Below, in pieces: positions 26,868 through 40,275 of a DNA stretch of 64,000 nt. The notes under the pieces are model-generated. The model did no database searches. It was not told the origin of the DNA and saw nothing but the letters and a program-made list of their open reading frames with translations. Numbering within the stretch: position 1 is the stretch's first letter; every line of letters begins with the position of its first letter. This DNA comes from Mobula hypostoma. Lineage: Eukaryota. Where the stretch lies: the NCBI RefSeq assembly GCF_963921235.1, contig NC_086097.1, forward strand, positions 58,158,001 through 58,222,000. The letters are read 5' to 3'. The position numbers and the translations under genes were made by a program.

Positions 26868-27029
26868 ATAAAGGCACATCAGCCAACCTGCAGTCTTCCA
26901 GTACCTCACCCGTGGCTAATGGAGATAGAAAAATTGCTGCCAGGACCCAGCAATCTCCTCATCTCCTTCCCATAACATCCTAGGATATACTCTGTCAGAT
27001 TTGTCCACTTTAGAACTCTGAACAGAGAA

Positions 27030-29290
27030 TTCAGAACAGAGAATACTACAGCACAGTATAGGCCTTCTGGCTCATGAAGTGCTGACTTTTCAACCTATTT
27101 CAAGATAAGATTTCCCTTCCATGTAACTTTCCATTTTCCTTTCATTCTTGGCTCCAGTTATCTAAATGTCTCTTTAATGTCCCTATTGTACCTGCCTCTA
27201 CCAATGCCCCTGGCACGGGGTTCCATGCACTTACCACCCTCTGTGTAAAAATCTACTTTCTTCCAATTTGTCTAAGTCCTGCTGCAATCGCATTGCTTCC
27301 TCAGCATGACCTGCCCATCCACCAATCTTTGTATCATCTGCAAACTTTGCCTCATCAATTCCATTATCTAAATCATTGACAAACAATGTGAAAAGCAGCG
27401 GTCCCAATACTGACCCCCGAGGAACACCACTAGTCACTGGCAGCCAACTAGAAAAGGCCCCTTTTATTCCCACTCGCTGCCTCCTGCCTGTCAGCCATTC
27501 CGCTAACCATGCCAGTATCTTTCCTGTAACGTTGTAGGATTTTATCTTGTTAAGCAGCCTCATTTGTGGTATCTTATCAAATGCCTTCTGAAAATCCAAG
27601 TAAATGACATTCACTGCCTCTCCTTTGCCAACCTGCTGGTTACCTCCTCAAAAAACTGTAACAGGTTTGTCAGGCAAGATTTCCCTTCACAGAAACCATG
27701 CTGACTCTGACTTATTTTGTCATTTGTCTCCAGGTACCCCAAAACATCATCCTTAGTAATAAACTCCAACACTTTCCCAACCACTGAGGTTAGGCTAACT
27801 GGCCTATAATTTCCTTTCTTTTGCCTTCCTCCCTTCTTAAAGAGTGGAGTGACATATTTTATCTTTTTCCTTCTTATAGCTTTTTTTTAGTTACCTTTTG
27901 TTGGATTTTAAAAGCTTGTCAATCATCCAAATTCCCACTCACTCTTGCTACCTTACACGCCCTTTCCTTGGCTTTTGTGCAGTCCTTAACTTCCTTTCTT
28001 AGCCATCATTACCTACCCCTGGCATTTAATAACTTCTTCCTCTGTGGGACATATCTATCCTGCCCCTTGTGACCTATTCCGAGAAACTTCGGTCATACCT
28101 GCCAGTGTCCTCCTCCAATCCACCTGGGCAAGCTCCTCTCTCTGGCCTCTGTAATTTCCTTTGCATTGCAATGCTGATACATGTGAATACTGCTTCTCCC
28201 TCTCAAAATGCAGTATGAATTCAATCATATTATGATCACTGCCTCCAAAAGGTTCCTTTACGTTCAGCTCTCTAATAAGATCTGGGTTATTACACAACAC
28301 CCAATCTAAGACCTTTCCCCAAGTGGCCTCAAGCACAAGCTGCTCTAAATTCCATTTTGTAGGCATGCAATAAATTCCCTCTCTTACGATCTGACACCAG
28401 CCAGATTTTCCCAATCCCCTTGCATATTGAAGTCCCCCATTACTATTGTGTCACTACCCCTATTACATGTGTCTTCCAGCTCCCTTTGCATTCTCAACCC
28501 CACATCTTGGCTACTATTTGGAGGCCTATATATGATTCCCATAATGGATTTTTTTACCCTTGCAGTTTCTTAACTCCACTCACAAAGATTCAACATTCTC
28601 TTACCCCACGTCACCTCTTTCTAAAGATATAATTCCATCTCTTCTCAACAGAGCCACACCACTGCCTGTCCTTTCAATACATAGTATATCCTTTGATGTT
28701 AAGCTCCCAACTGTGGCCTTCTTTCAGCCACAACTCAGTGATGCCCACAACGTCATACTGACCAATCTCTAAATGCACCACGAGTTCATCCACCTTATTC
28801 TGAATGCTACAGCACCTTCACTCCTACATTCTTCACCCTTTTGAATTTTGCCTCTGTGGTACAATTTAACTCTTTGCTCTGTCTGCATTTGTACCCAATC
28901 ATTGACTTGTCCTTCCTTACATTCATGTTACACCCATCACTTGTAAACCCGCTGGACATCCTCATATTAGTTCCCATCCCCCTGTAATATTAGTTTAAAC
29001 CATTTCCATCAGCCCTTGTAAACTTGCCCACAAGAATATTAGTCCCTCTCGATTTCAAGTGTAATCCATCCCTTCTGTACAGGTGCCACCTGCCCCAGAA
29101 GTGGTCCCAATTATCCAGACATCTGAATCCCTGCCCCCGCTCCAATTCTTCAGCCATGTGTTTATCTGCTACCTCATTCTATTCCTATCCTCACTGTTGC
29201 ATGGCACGGGCAGCAATCCTATGATTACTACTCTTGAGGTCCTGCTTCTCAGCTTCCTTCTTAATTTCCTATATTCTTTTTTTCAGAACC
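27030..29290 (-). mobile_element. Older CR1 copies with internal deletions (3' end, RT, APE, end of ORF1)
   Basis: YLDFQKAFDK, GVPRGSVLGP, AKFADD, VLDWVLCN, SDHNMIEF. Esterase-region remnant at 29000-29290. Confidence 0.85.
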
Positions 29291-29760
29291 TCCTATCAAA
29301 AAGGAAGAAGAGATCACTAGACCTTAGAATGGACTTAGATAGTGTTGACACTAGATTGACACTGGTGCTTGAAGGATTAAGTTGTCTCAGCTTAGTTTGT
29401 ATATCTTGATGGTTGATCTACTTAAAGCATTTGATAAGTTGAAGGGGCTCAACAGTACAAATGAAAAGAAACCATTTCCTACAATAAACGAATGTTCAAG
29501 TGGGTGTAATCTTAAAAGGAGAGCCAAACCAATCAGAGTTGAGATAAGAAAGCCTTCATATTAAGTCTTCATATTTGAAGTTTATTTCTCCCATTTCCAA
29601 AAAGACTCTGAGCATCAGTTTAATGGAAACTGAAATCTGAAAATAATGGAATTTGTTTTTGTTGAATGAATCAAATAGAGCAAACATGGGCCTATCAATT
29701 TAGGGTGCATCTGCACTATGATCTAATTGAATGATAGAATAGTCCTGCAGGAGAGAGTAG
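29290..29760 (+). mobile_element. Highly decayed CR1 3' portion
   Basis: Residual similarity to the CR1 ORF2 end and 3'UTR (atgatctaattgaatg). Confidence 0.5.
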
Positions 29761-30879
29761 CCTTCCACAGTGAATGGAAAACCACTTGCCTGGCTCCATT
29801 TATATCAAGAGAGCATTCTAAATCACCACCATCATACACTTAAAGAAACATTCTAAATTGGCTGTGTTATGTACTTAAGGCAGTAGGTTAACTGCTGCTG
29901 ATTTGCTCGAAGTGAAGCATACTAAATTACTCTTGTAAGGTTAACAGGGAAGGCAATGTTTGCAGGAAATGTTCTGTGATCTGCTGCTGGAACTACTAGG
30001 ACATGTTTTTGTAAAAAATACCCTGTGTTGTTCTATACAAGAGAAGTAAAGAGTAACAGTTGAAGCCTCCACAAATCTCCCAAACCGCTTAAAATCAGCT
30101 GTATTGAATTTTATTTGATAATAGATCATACAGAATTGCATACCCTGGGGTCATATTCATAGGAGAAGAATGGAGTGCAATACAGATAAAGGGTTAAGAG
30201 AGCCAGAAATATGCTGTATGAAAAATGTTTTTTCAGCCATAAGCAAAGGCTTTGCAAATACGGCCAAGGTATTAATAGAGTTCAAATTTGGCTGCACTGG
30301 TTCAAATAACCCAGGCTCTGTCAATCTAGTTAATGTATTTGAAACAGTAATGGTGTTCAACAATATAAATGAAAATAAACAATTTCCTACAAGAAAAGAA
30401 TCTGCAACAAGTGAGCATAATCTTAAAAGTAGATCTAAGCCAATCAATAATTCTTGAGTCATTTTATATTTCTTATGAAATTATCAGAATAAAAGAAAAT
30501 AGCCAGGGAAAGCCAGATTTTTAGGTGTTAACTGGCTCCTTAAGCTGCCAGTATGCTGACTAAGAAGTACAGGGACAATTCAAATTTGGTCCATGGCTGA
30601 ACTTGCACAGTGTAATGTGATAATAGTCCCTGTACCCACTTGAATGTTGAGCTGGCTGGACCAGGATTCCTTATCACAATTATCAACCACAATTATTGAG
30701 CTTTCTGACATAAAAACCAAACTTCCCTCCTGATTCATCCACTGCAGCCACAGTGCTGGCAACTCCATCCATCAACCTCATCTCTTCCCCTCCCAGCAGC
30801 ATCCTCTACGCCCACCATTACCAGCTATGCTTTCTTCCCAGAGGTCAATGACCTTCTCCGAGGCGCTAATCCCTGGTGA

Positions 30880-31470
30880 CAGAGTGGAACGTAAATGTGG
30901 ATGTACATAGTGCTGCTCTATTTCTAAATGACAGTATTACTCTTAGGGTTATGAAGTGCTACTCCAGAAACCTTGGCGACTTGCTGCAGGATGTCTATAT
31001 GTTGTACGTGTTGGAGCCCATGGTGCGCCAGTGGGGGAAGGTCTGCATTCTCATCTTAATGTGTGAGATACTGAGTCAGCAAATTGGTTATTCTTTGATA
31101 ATGTCAAGCAACTGAATGTTGAGACTTTGCTCATTATAGGAAGGGTAGAGTACTTCACTGCACTACTGTGTGGTACATGGAGCAAAGATTTTGGAGCTGG
31201 GAGGATCTTAGGAAGAGAACTATGAAGTATCTGGCTTCATGTAACACTTCATGTAGCTAGTTAATACGAATTTTTTGTCAAGATATTGGTGGGGACGGGG
31301 AACCCTCAACCACTGAATATTGTGGTGGGGTGGGATATGGATGGAGTGATAGAGTGGGTGGTGTTTATTCCTTTTAATTAGGCATTGCCTGGAAATTGTG
31401 GAGCATATACAGTATGTTACCTTTTATTTATTAGAGCAAGAAGAAAATCATCCTGGCCTGTGCAAGTAAG
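30880..31470 (-). mobile_element. Highly decayed LINE (CR1/L2-like) RT fragment
   Basis: Residual motifs only. Confidence 0.35.
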
Positions 31471-32104
31471 CACAGATTGATTGAAATATAAAAATAAATT
31501 ATTGAAAAATAAAAAAGAATCAATAAAAACTATTAAAAAAATGGAACCAAACACTCTTTAAAATTCCGCATTGGGCATCCTTTTAATGGAGAGGTGGCCA
31601 TAATGAATCAAAGGTGACTAGGCAAAGACAATATATTTATTATGAAAACTGAGTAGATAGAAACAGTTTTTACAACATTAATGTTTATAAGCAAACTAAA
31701 TTATTCTAGGTTTATTAATATATTTCTCCATCATTTAACAAGATATTTTCTTGTTCTTTCTCCATTTCCTTGCTGAAGACTTATGTCCAGAAACATTGAT
31801 AGTTCAATTAGAGTTCATCTTGGTCAACTTTTAAGAAGAATAAGATTGTCAGAAATTACCGTATCCCTGCTCAGACTGAACATACACTTTTAATTCCTTT
31901 AGTTTCAATAAAAAATGAAATCAACAATGTACAAAACTGCAAGAGGAAATTGGATAACATGTAGTTTATGAAACAGTCATGTTCAACAGAATTTGCAAAT
32001 ACAAGCTTAATTTTGATGCAATTTGTTCATTTTTTTGACAGTGACTGCACTTCATAACTAATTGAGCTGTGAGGTATTTTGATATATTTTAAACATTACA
32101 TGAA

Positions 32105-32519
32105 AAGTACTGTGCAGAAGTCTTAGGCACATGTGTATGGCTAGGGTGCCTAAGACTTTTGCACTGTACTGTATTTGTCAACATGGTGCGGAGAGCAAGT
32201 TTGTAAATCTGGCAGGAGCAAAGGATGTTGGGAATGGCGAGGATGAAACGCCACAGGAGGTGTCTGAGACAGGTGGCAGGGAAGCAGTGCCAGGGGCAGG
32301 GGGTGGCACAGATGTAAACACCCAGCCCAGAGACACCAGGCAAGGTCATTTGATTCCAAACAATTGGTTTATGGATCATCACAGAATGCCTCTGTTGCTT
32401 CTCGCTCCCTCCACCCCCTATCTCCTTTTCCTAACCATGATTCCCCTCTCACTGCTCTTTTCCCACTCTCAGCTCACAAGATGCTATATATATGTGCCTA
32501 AGACTTTTGCCCAGTACTG
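32105..32519. mobile_element. Tc1/mariner-type MITE with three TIR copies
   Basis: (C)AGTACTGTGCARAAGTCTTAGGCAC at 32105-32130, with inverted copies at 32146-32171 and 32494-32519, each followed by TA. Confidence 0.85.
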
Positions 32520-33924
32520 TACTGTTTATTAATGTTGAAGGCAAAATTACAGAATACTGGACAAAGGCAATTTTCTTTATATTTTGTATACTTTTGATTT
32601 TTGCATTTAGTGAAGCTTTGTCAAGCTTCGTTTCCATTTCATGAATGATTTCATACGTACAGTCAACTGTGATATCGAAAGGACTATGGGTATCTATCAA
32701 GAGCGGTGATCAGTAATGCTGTCAGTGAAACAGGTCGGTGACAATACTTTACAATTCCTGTCATGTTTGATTAGCTGGATACATAACACAATGTTATATT
32801 CATGAGTACAACATTTTGCATTGATTAGAAGGGAAATTTAATCAAACATGTTGAAAAATAAATTATTAATCAGAGTCTGTACCTTTTGAACCCTGGGCTG
32901 TTTGAATAGACTGATTGGAAACAGCGAAATGATTACACCACAAAGATGCAAAACTTTGTAAAGTATATAAATATTTAATAGATAGATGTTTTCATTTTGA
33001 TGATATTTTTAAGTAAGTTCGAGAATGTTTTTGGACACTTGCAAATATCAGAAACATTCATCAATATTTGAGCACCTTAGTGGCTTTTGACAACCAGTTC
33101 AACCCAGAATTCAGTCTCTTTCCTGGTAGAGCACTCTTGTAGGATTGCCAATCAGCAAGGTCTTCACCTGGCAGGGTCTTGGTCAAAATTATTTTCTGTG
33201 TGAAAGCTTATGCAGAGAATCCATGAGTTTTCTAGGAATGTAAGTGGCAGTTACAATGAGATGAGTTGCTTTGTACAAATTCCAGCCTATTGAATAAGCA
33301 TTGAATAAGGATGTTGAATGACTACACCCCCTTAATTTTATTCAATAATTGATCTGATTGTCTACTTGTTGCATGTGTTTGTTACAGTATACAATATTGA
33401 TCCCTAACTACAGATTGGAACAAAGGATTAGAGAAATATTAATGTCTTGTTGCTGCTTAAAATAGGAGGAAAGGATATACTACTGAGTAATTACAGGCCA
33501 GTTAATTTAATTCCAGTAGTGGATAAATTATCGGGGGAATCAATTCGGAATGGTCAGAAAGTGTATAAGGGCAGGTTGTGATTGGTTAACCTTATCGAAA
33601 TCTTTGAGGAGGCAACAAAAAGAGTCAACAAAGGTAGTGCATTTGTATGAATTTCAGCAATGTTTTGACAAGGTCCCACTGGCAAGCGAGACAAAAATAT
33701 AAAGATGTATTGCAGTGAAGGGAAAAATGTAATTGTATTGAAAATTAGCTCAGTTCTGAAACAAGTGATACTGATTTATGAGTGTTTTTATGAACTTGAC
33801 GAGGCTCAGATCTTCGTCCCTAGATTTTCTTTGCTCATGTTTATGATTTAGGCTTGAATGCAGGGAGCATAATGAAGAGGCTTACAAATTATACAACAAA
33901 ATAATCCTGTTGTAAGACTCAAAA

Positions 33925-34110
33925 ACAAGAGAAAATCTGTAGATGATGGAATTCTGAGCAACACATACAAAAGGCTGGAGGAACAGCAGGCCAGGCAGCA
34001 TCTATGGAAAAAAGCAGGACTTCAGTTTTGGCCTGAAATGTTGACTGTTCTCTTTTCCACAGATGCTCCCTTGCATGCTGAGTTCCTCCAGCGTTTTGTG
34101 TGTTTTGCTG
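33925..34110. mobile_element. Palindromic Penelope pLTR derivative
   Basis: Inverted arms gcaacacatacaaaaggctggaggaac / gttcctccagcgttttgtgtgttttgc. Confidence 0.8.
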
Positions 34111-34666
34111 TTGTAAACCTTTTGCCTTAGGAAGACTTCTGTCAAATCAGAGAAACATGAGGTCAAAGTTTCAGGGAAATGCAACAAGACAAGGTGAAAT
34201 ATGCATTAACTGCCAGGCTTCATGGAGGAGCAGAGGGAGCTTCAGGAGTATGACCACAGATCTTAAAGACAGCAGAGCAGGAATTCTACTCTAATAGGTG
34301 AACCAGTGGAAACAAAACAAAGGAGGTGATGCTGGAATTGCATACCCCACTTGTGAGGCTACTGTTTGAGTGTAACATGCAGGTCTGGTCACTGAATAGA
34401 TGTGCTTGTGTGGGAGAGGGTGAAGAAGATGAAGTTTTATTTTTCTGTATGAAGAATAGGTAACAGAGGATTCTTTTTTCTTTGGTTGGAGGTAGCTGAA
34501 CTGAGGTGTCTAAAGTTATGGAAGGCCTAGAAAGAGGAAATGGGAATAGGAGGGAGCAACTTCCCTTAGTCACAAGATCAAATCTGGAGGGTGGTGGGTG
34601 GATACAAATTTAAAGTGAATGGGAAAAGAAGTAGTGGAGAATTTAGAAAATATTTCCACTTGATGG

Positions 34667-35102
34667 TATTGGAAAACATTTTAACTCTGTTTTCTAGGTG
34701 TTTATTTTAAGTGTTTTTATCGCGTATTGGGTGTTTATTCAGATATTGACTATGCCTTTACTATGCATTAAGTGTCTGTTACTGAGTGCGTGGGATTACT
34801 GTGGTATTTGGGACGTAACCATTGAATGAAACCTGTGTACTTTTAACCCCCTCGAGAAAAACGAATGTAACCAAGTAAGAGAGATAAGAGTGATTGATTT
34901 ATTAGTTAGAGTAAAAAACTTACGGAGGTAGGCTAACCCAGAAGGGCTATAAAGGATGTTGTGTGAAAACGACAAGGGGGCAGTCAGTGACAGACTTACA
35001 CAGCCTAGTCCACTGTCTGTCTCAGCTTTACTTTGCAAATTAAAGTTTAAACATTTCTTGAAGAATCTTCGGCGCTTCCTTGTCATTTGTGAAACCACGA
35101 CA
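34667..35102 (+). mobile_element. Solo LTR (ERV- or Gypsy-type), 436 bp
   Basis: 4-bp TSD ATGG at 34663-34666 and 35103-35106. Ends TATTGG (probably decayed TG) and ACGACA. TATAAA at ~34948, ATTAAA at ~35039. The host CR1 resumes across it. Confidence 0.7.
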
Positions 35103-36289
35103 ATGGGTGGTCTGAAATGTGGTGCTTTCAAGGTTAAAAGGGACAAAAATCCTCATTCCATTAAAAAAGGGGCTAGAAGTGAATTACAGAGTCATGGAGT
35201 CATTGCTTAAAGGGGTTCAGATTGGGTAGCTCTTTCTGAACTTGCATGGGGGTGCTGGGCTGAAAAAACCTTCATTGGCTCCATGAATAAAAGTAATCAA
35301 TCAGGTCTCATTGAAATTTGTTCAATTCAGATCAGTCCGTGCTTAAAGTGTCTCGGTTTTTCGTTTCCTTTCATTATACATCTGCAGCAATTTGCTGGGA
35401 CAAAACTGGTCCCTGAGAACTCAGACTACATGAGAGCACAGTAGTATGTATCAATGAGCATGAAACTGTCCTGCATCCCTGTGAGTAATCTGAACGTTTG
35501 AGGATAGGGAAATGCTTAGCAGGGTGAGACCAACCAAACACCGTTAGTGTCTCCTGTGACACAATTTCACACCGACTTCAGTTGGTAATTTGGAATGAGG
35601 AATGAGTGTTCCAGGCAACAACATCATTTCAGGCCTGAAAGGAGAGCAAAATAAATTTGAACTTCCTGATAACTAGTGTTGTTTGGGAGTAAAATCTGTC
35701 AGTTGATATGACTCTCTCTAGAGCCTTTGTTCTGAACACATTCATAAAAGATCGGATGTAATCTGTGTCTGTCAGAAGTTCATATGAGTAGCAATGAAAT
35801 GGTACCTTTCTCTGTTCAGATTTCCTGGTCCCACTAACAAAAGAACGGTGAAAACTGGGCAGATAATTTGCCCACGTGTCTCATGTAAATTGGCTACAAA
35901 ATATGCATGCATTTTTGACATAACATCAAAATTGCCATAAATTCTGTTCCCCTTCCAAGACAGACATACAATGATAATAATTTTATGAACACCAATAAAA
36001 CACGAGTCAAGTGTTATAACTTGTTTAACCTGTTTGTCATATATGTTACTATTAAAATTAATTGCATGTATTTATTCTTTACAGGGATTTAACTCAAGTT
36101 CAGTGATGCAATATACTGTTTAAATGGCAGCTGCTTATAATCACTTCCATGATTTTTGAGCATGCAGAGAATACATTTCACAAAATATGAAAGGTGAGCG
36201 AAACTAGACCTGGTTAACCTGCAGTAAAGTCCCCCCCCCCCCCCGTAAACATGGAGAGCATTTTGTAGTCCTTCTCATTTGGAATCTGA

Positions 36290-36550
36290 CCCATAATTTC
36301 CTTTTTCTTGCCTCCCACCCTTCTTAAAGAGTGGAGTGACATTTGCAATTTTCCAGTCCTCTGCAGCCATTCCAAAATCTGGTATCTGTTGAAAGATCAT
36401 GACTAATTCCTCCACAACCTCTTCGGCTATCTCTTTCAAAGCCCTGGGGTGTAGTCCATCTGGTTAGGTGACTTATCTACCTTCAGCAAATTTCAGCTTC
36501 CCAAGCACCTTTTCATTAGTACTAGCAACGACACTCACTTTGCCCCCTGT
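36290..36550 (-). mobile_element. CR1 RT fragment
   Basis: Closely similar to 4310-4550. Confidence 0.85.
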
Positions 36551-38309
36551 TATGGCAGTTTTCAACATCTGTTTCCAGGACTACACATCAATAATTTGTA
36601 AAGCAAGTTTCAGTCAATGAATTAAGATGCAGATTTGCAGCTTCCCATTACATTGTCTTGCATACTGTTTCACCAAATACAGATTCACAATGTTAATATA
36701 CTGATGATTATTCTATTTATAGGACATGCTTCAGAAATAAGGTGACATGAAATTGTATCATCGTACTCCCAGTTCCTTTGTATATGTTATTATAACTATA
36801 GTTCTTAAATTAAGGATACATTTACTTATGAAAATCTGTATAAAATGAATCTGTTATTCTTCCTATTTTATCAGAAGCTTTTCCTTTTTGAGGTGTACAG
36901 ACAGCTAAAATGCCACGGTAATATAATTGCAGTATAAATACATTCCACACAGGCAAAACCCATTTGTAATATCCATCAAATCCCATTACAATTACACTTT
37001 CTAAATGGGATTTTTTTCCATTTTAGCATTTTATTTGATATTAGCAGAATTGAATATGTATGAGGCATTCATAATCAATGCTTCATATTCAATAAACCAT
37101 GCATACAAGACTTTCGGGAAAACATAATTGTATCTTATATATTTCCAACAATTAAAAATGTGCCATGTGATTTCCCTGCTATATAATTACCAACAATGCT
37201 GGTACTGAGAGTGATAGTTGCATCTTAAATTCTATTTCCATAATAAAAAGGAGATGAACCAGTTCTTCATAATAAAAAGACAAAAGGTGGCAATGGGGGG
37301 AATATTTAACACCAGTCACCAACACAAATAAAATGTTAAAAACTAAACTCATCTCTGAAATCAACAATTAGTTTTTAATATTTAAATAAGAGCTGGCAAT
37401 TTGATTACATCTATTTTAAAGAAAATCAGAATGTTAGAAATATAAGCATAAATCATGTTCCTTAACCACAAGATCTGAATATCATAGCGTATTACTTCAA
37501 ATGACAAGTTTTTCCTATTGTTACTGCAAGTTTGACCACATGCTTCATATATTATTTGTTAACCACATGATATGCTGGAACATTGATTTTAAAGGAATTG
37601 TTAATATGCGGTTGATTGTCAGGAAGAGTCACTTATCTGATTTGGTGTATTGAAGGATTGATTACTCATAGAATGTGTGATATGAACCCTGATTTGTCTC
37701 AGAAATCTGCCTGAAGTTTAACCCCAGTCAAAATCCCTAAAATGTTTCTGGCAATATTTTCTACATAATACCAGCTCTATCTATATATTCATAATCACCT
37801 TAAATGATCAAATCTGAAACCCACTCAGAATCATGATGGTTGCCTTGATCAACTTACAATTACATTTTCAGAGAAATGATTTAGAAATCCAAATAAGTAA
37901 TAACATACTGCACGTGCCAAACCTGCAGAATCCCCTTGGGGTGCCAATGCCTCTGCAATGTGCTATGCTATGGTAGACCACCGTTCCTTGTTTATTCCAA
38001 TCCATCTCACAGTGAATGAGCATATGGCCAAATGTATGTTGCAATGCTCCCTTCTGTTCAGTCTCCAACCTCATGGTCACTGGATGAGTGCTTCACCTAC
38101 CTCATCTCTGTAAATCAAGCCTCACTGCCAGACTCTCTGATCATTTGTATACTGCCAGGGCATGGCAAGAGGTTTCAAATACCACAAGATCAGTTTCCCT
38201 AAAGGATCATTCTTTCAAAGTCGTTTGTCTATTCCTCATGTAATCTATGGCGAGAAGCACAAGTACCAATTAATTCCTCTCCTCAGCACCATTGTAGATG
38301 TGATAGCAA

Positions 38310-39810
38310 TTTTCATCTAAGAAGGTAGTAACATGAGAAACAGAAACAGAAACGGTAGGCATTCAGCCTTGTGTCCACACTGCACTTCAATTGGATCATG
38401 GCTGGACTTTTATCACTAAAGCACCATATACCTCCAGGGTCCCTTAATATCCGAACAAGTATCAACCTCTGAAATTTAACAGACCTCTTAGGTAGAACGT
38501 TCCTAAGATTCAATAAAAGTGAAGCAGTCTCGTGTTGACTCTGTCCCTTATTTGAGACTGTGACCTCTGATTTGAATCATCTCAGTTTTGGGAAATATGG
38601 ACAGGGTAAGAGGTATTAGAAGTTTGTAATTTTCTATTATTTTACTCCTCCTCCTTCTAATTTCTAAAGAGCATAGGCCCAGTCTATTTAATCCCTTTAC
38701 AAAAGAAAATCTTCTTTCCAGGAATCATTGCTCTGTCTTTCCCTGGACAGTTTACTAGGTGCTCTCTCACTAGGGTCAATGTAATTTCAGAATTGCACCT
38801 TTTTTCTTGCATTCAAGTTCACTTACAGCAAAGACCTGCATACTGCTTGTTTCCCTCCTTGTTTGTTGACATTCAGTGATCACTGAACAAAGACTCTAGA
38901 TTCCTCTATTTGCCAACTTTTCAATTTTTCTGGCAATTTTCTTCTTTTTCTAAGTTACTGACTTCCTACTTCTTCACACTTTATTCCATGTTCTCATCCA
39001 CTTAATTACCCTGTCCCTATTAAATTGAAATATTTCTGCATTATCGTCACTACTCGTCCTGTCACTCAACTTTATCAGCAAACCTGGATAGATTACCCTT
39101 GCTCCTCTCATCCCAGTCATTAAAGTGATTTGGATGAAGGGAGCAAACACAATAAGATGGACCCTTGACCTCGCAGTCTACTTTAATATCATCGTGCACC
39201 TTATTGTTTTTCTGCACACACTTTTTTTGTAACTGTTATACTTCGTTGTACATTGATACTGTTTTACCTCAACGCACTGGGTGTGCAAGTCAAGCTTTTT
39301 ATTGTATCTCAATAATAAACCAATTGGATTTCCGAAAGGTTTGTGAACAGCTGTGCAGCCAGAGCCAATCCCTGGGGCTCTTCAGTTGCAACTTGTTCCT
39401 TCCATTACCAATCTGCAGTCTACTCAATACGTTACCCTGCAATTCCACATCTCTAACCTTGTTTAATGGCCTCATGTGAAACACTTTAAGGATGGACTTC
39501 TGAATATCCAAATACATAATGTACATGTCTTCACTACTTATTCTGCCAATTGTAACTTCAAAAGGTTGTTAATGGATATTTCAAATGTATTCCCTTCCGT
39601 AAATCCATGTTGATCCTACCTGCTCCATTTATTATGTTCTAAGTGCCTTATTACAACATACTTAAACAGTAGATTCCAAAATTTTCCCCAACTATAGATG
39701 TCATGCTAAATGAGTTTTTTCGCTCTCTCCTTTCTTACATAGTTTAGCATTTGCATACTTAAACTGTGCAAATTGTTCCAGAAAACTTGTAACTTTGGAA
39801 GATGAGAACC
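38310..39810 (-). mobile_element. Highly decayed CR1, with a Rex-type 3'UTR insert at ~39160-39325
   Basis: YLDIQKS..KVFH RT remnant; 3' motif ggcattcagccttg. Confidence 0.6.
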
Positions 39811-39844
39811 AGTGCAGCTACGATCAGGGAATCACCCCTTTCAG

Positions 39845-40275
39845 AAACACAAGGGATTCTGCAGATGCTGGAAGTGCAAAGCAACACACACAAAATGCTG
39901 GAAGAAGTCAGCATCTATGAAAATGAATTACCAGTCGATGAAAGCTCTCTGCTTCTTTCTCGGAAAAACACCTGACCAGTTCACCTCCGCCACCACCTTC
40001 CTTTATCTGGCAGGACTCGTCTTCACCCTCAAAAGTTTCTCTTTCAGCTCCTCACACTTTCTGCAAACGCAAGGGCACCCTTGGACCATGCACATCTGCA
40101 TGGGCCCCAGCTAATCCTGCAATTTTGTTGGCTACGTGGAACAGTCCTGGTAACATGCTACATTGATGACTGTACTGGTGCTACTTAATGCACCAATGAT
40201 GAGCTCATTAATTTTGTTAACTTTGCCTCCAACTTCCACTCTATCCTTAAAATGACTTGGTCCATTTCTGACCTT
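39845..40275 (+). mobile_element. Penelope fragment: inverted pLTR piece (39845-39940) joined to an RT core remnant
   Basis: catgggccccagcta (MGPSY-like) and tacattgatgactgt (YIDDC). Confidence 0.75.

Larger units (their letters stand above)
33440..35270 (+). mobile_element. Old decayed CR1 (RT to 3' end) hosting a Penelope palindrome and a solo LTR
   Basis: aattacaggccagtt (NYRPV), tttgacaaggtccca (FDKVP); 3' motif gctgggctgaa. Confidence 0.65.

Noticed and set aside
30157..30462. Overlapping ~100-aa ORFs on both strands in unique DNA
   Set aside because: No recognisable domain or splice context; length is compatible with chance.
32611..32733. Exon-like segment (polypyrimidine-AG ... AG/GTCGGT)
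   Set aside because: Stops in all three frames. It could only be a non-coding exon, and there is no transcript evidence.
35388..35480. Exon-like segment ending in GTGAGT
   Set aside because: All three frames are closed.
36231..36244. 14-nt poly-C run
   Set aside because: Isolated homopolymer with no supporting context.
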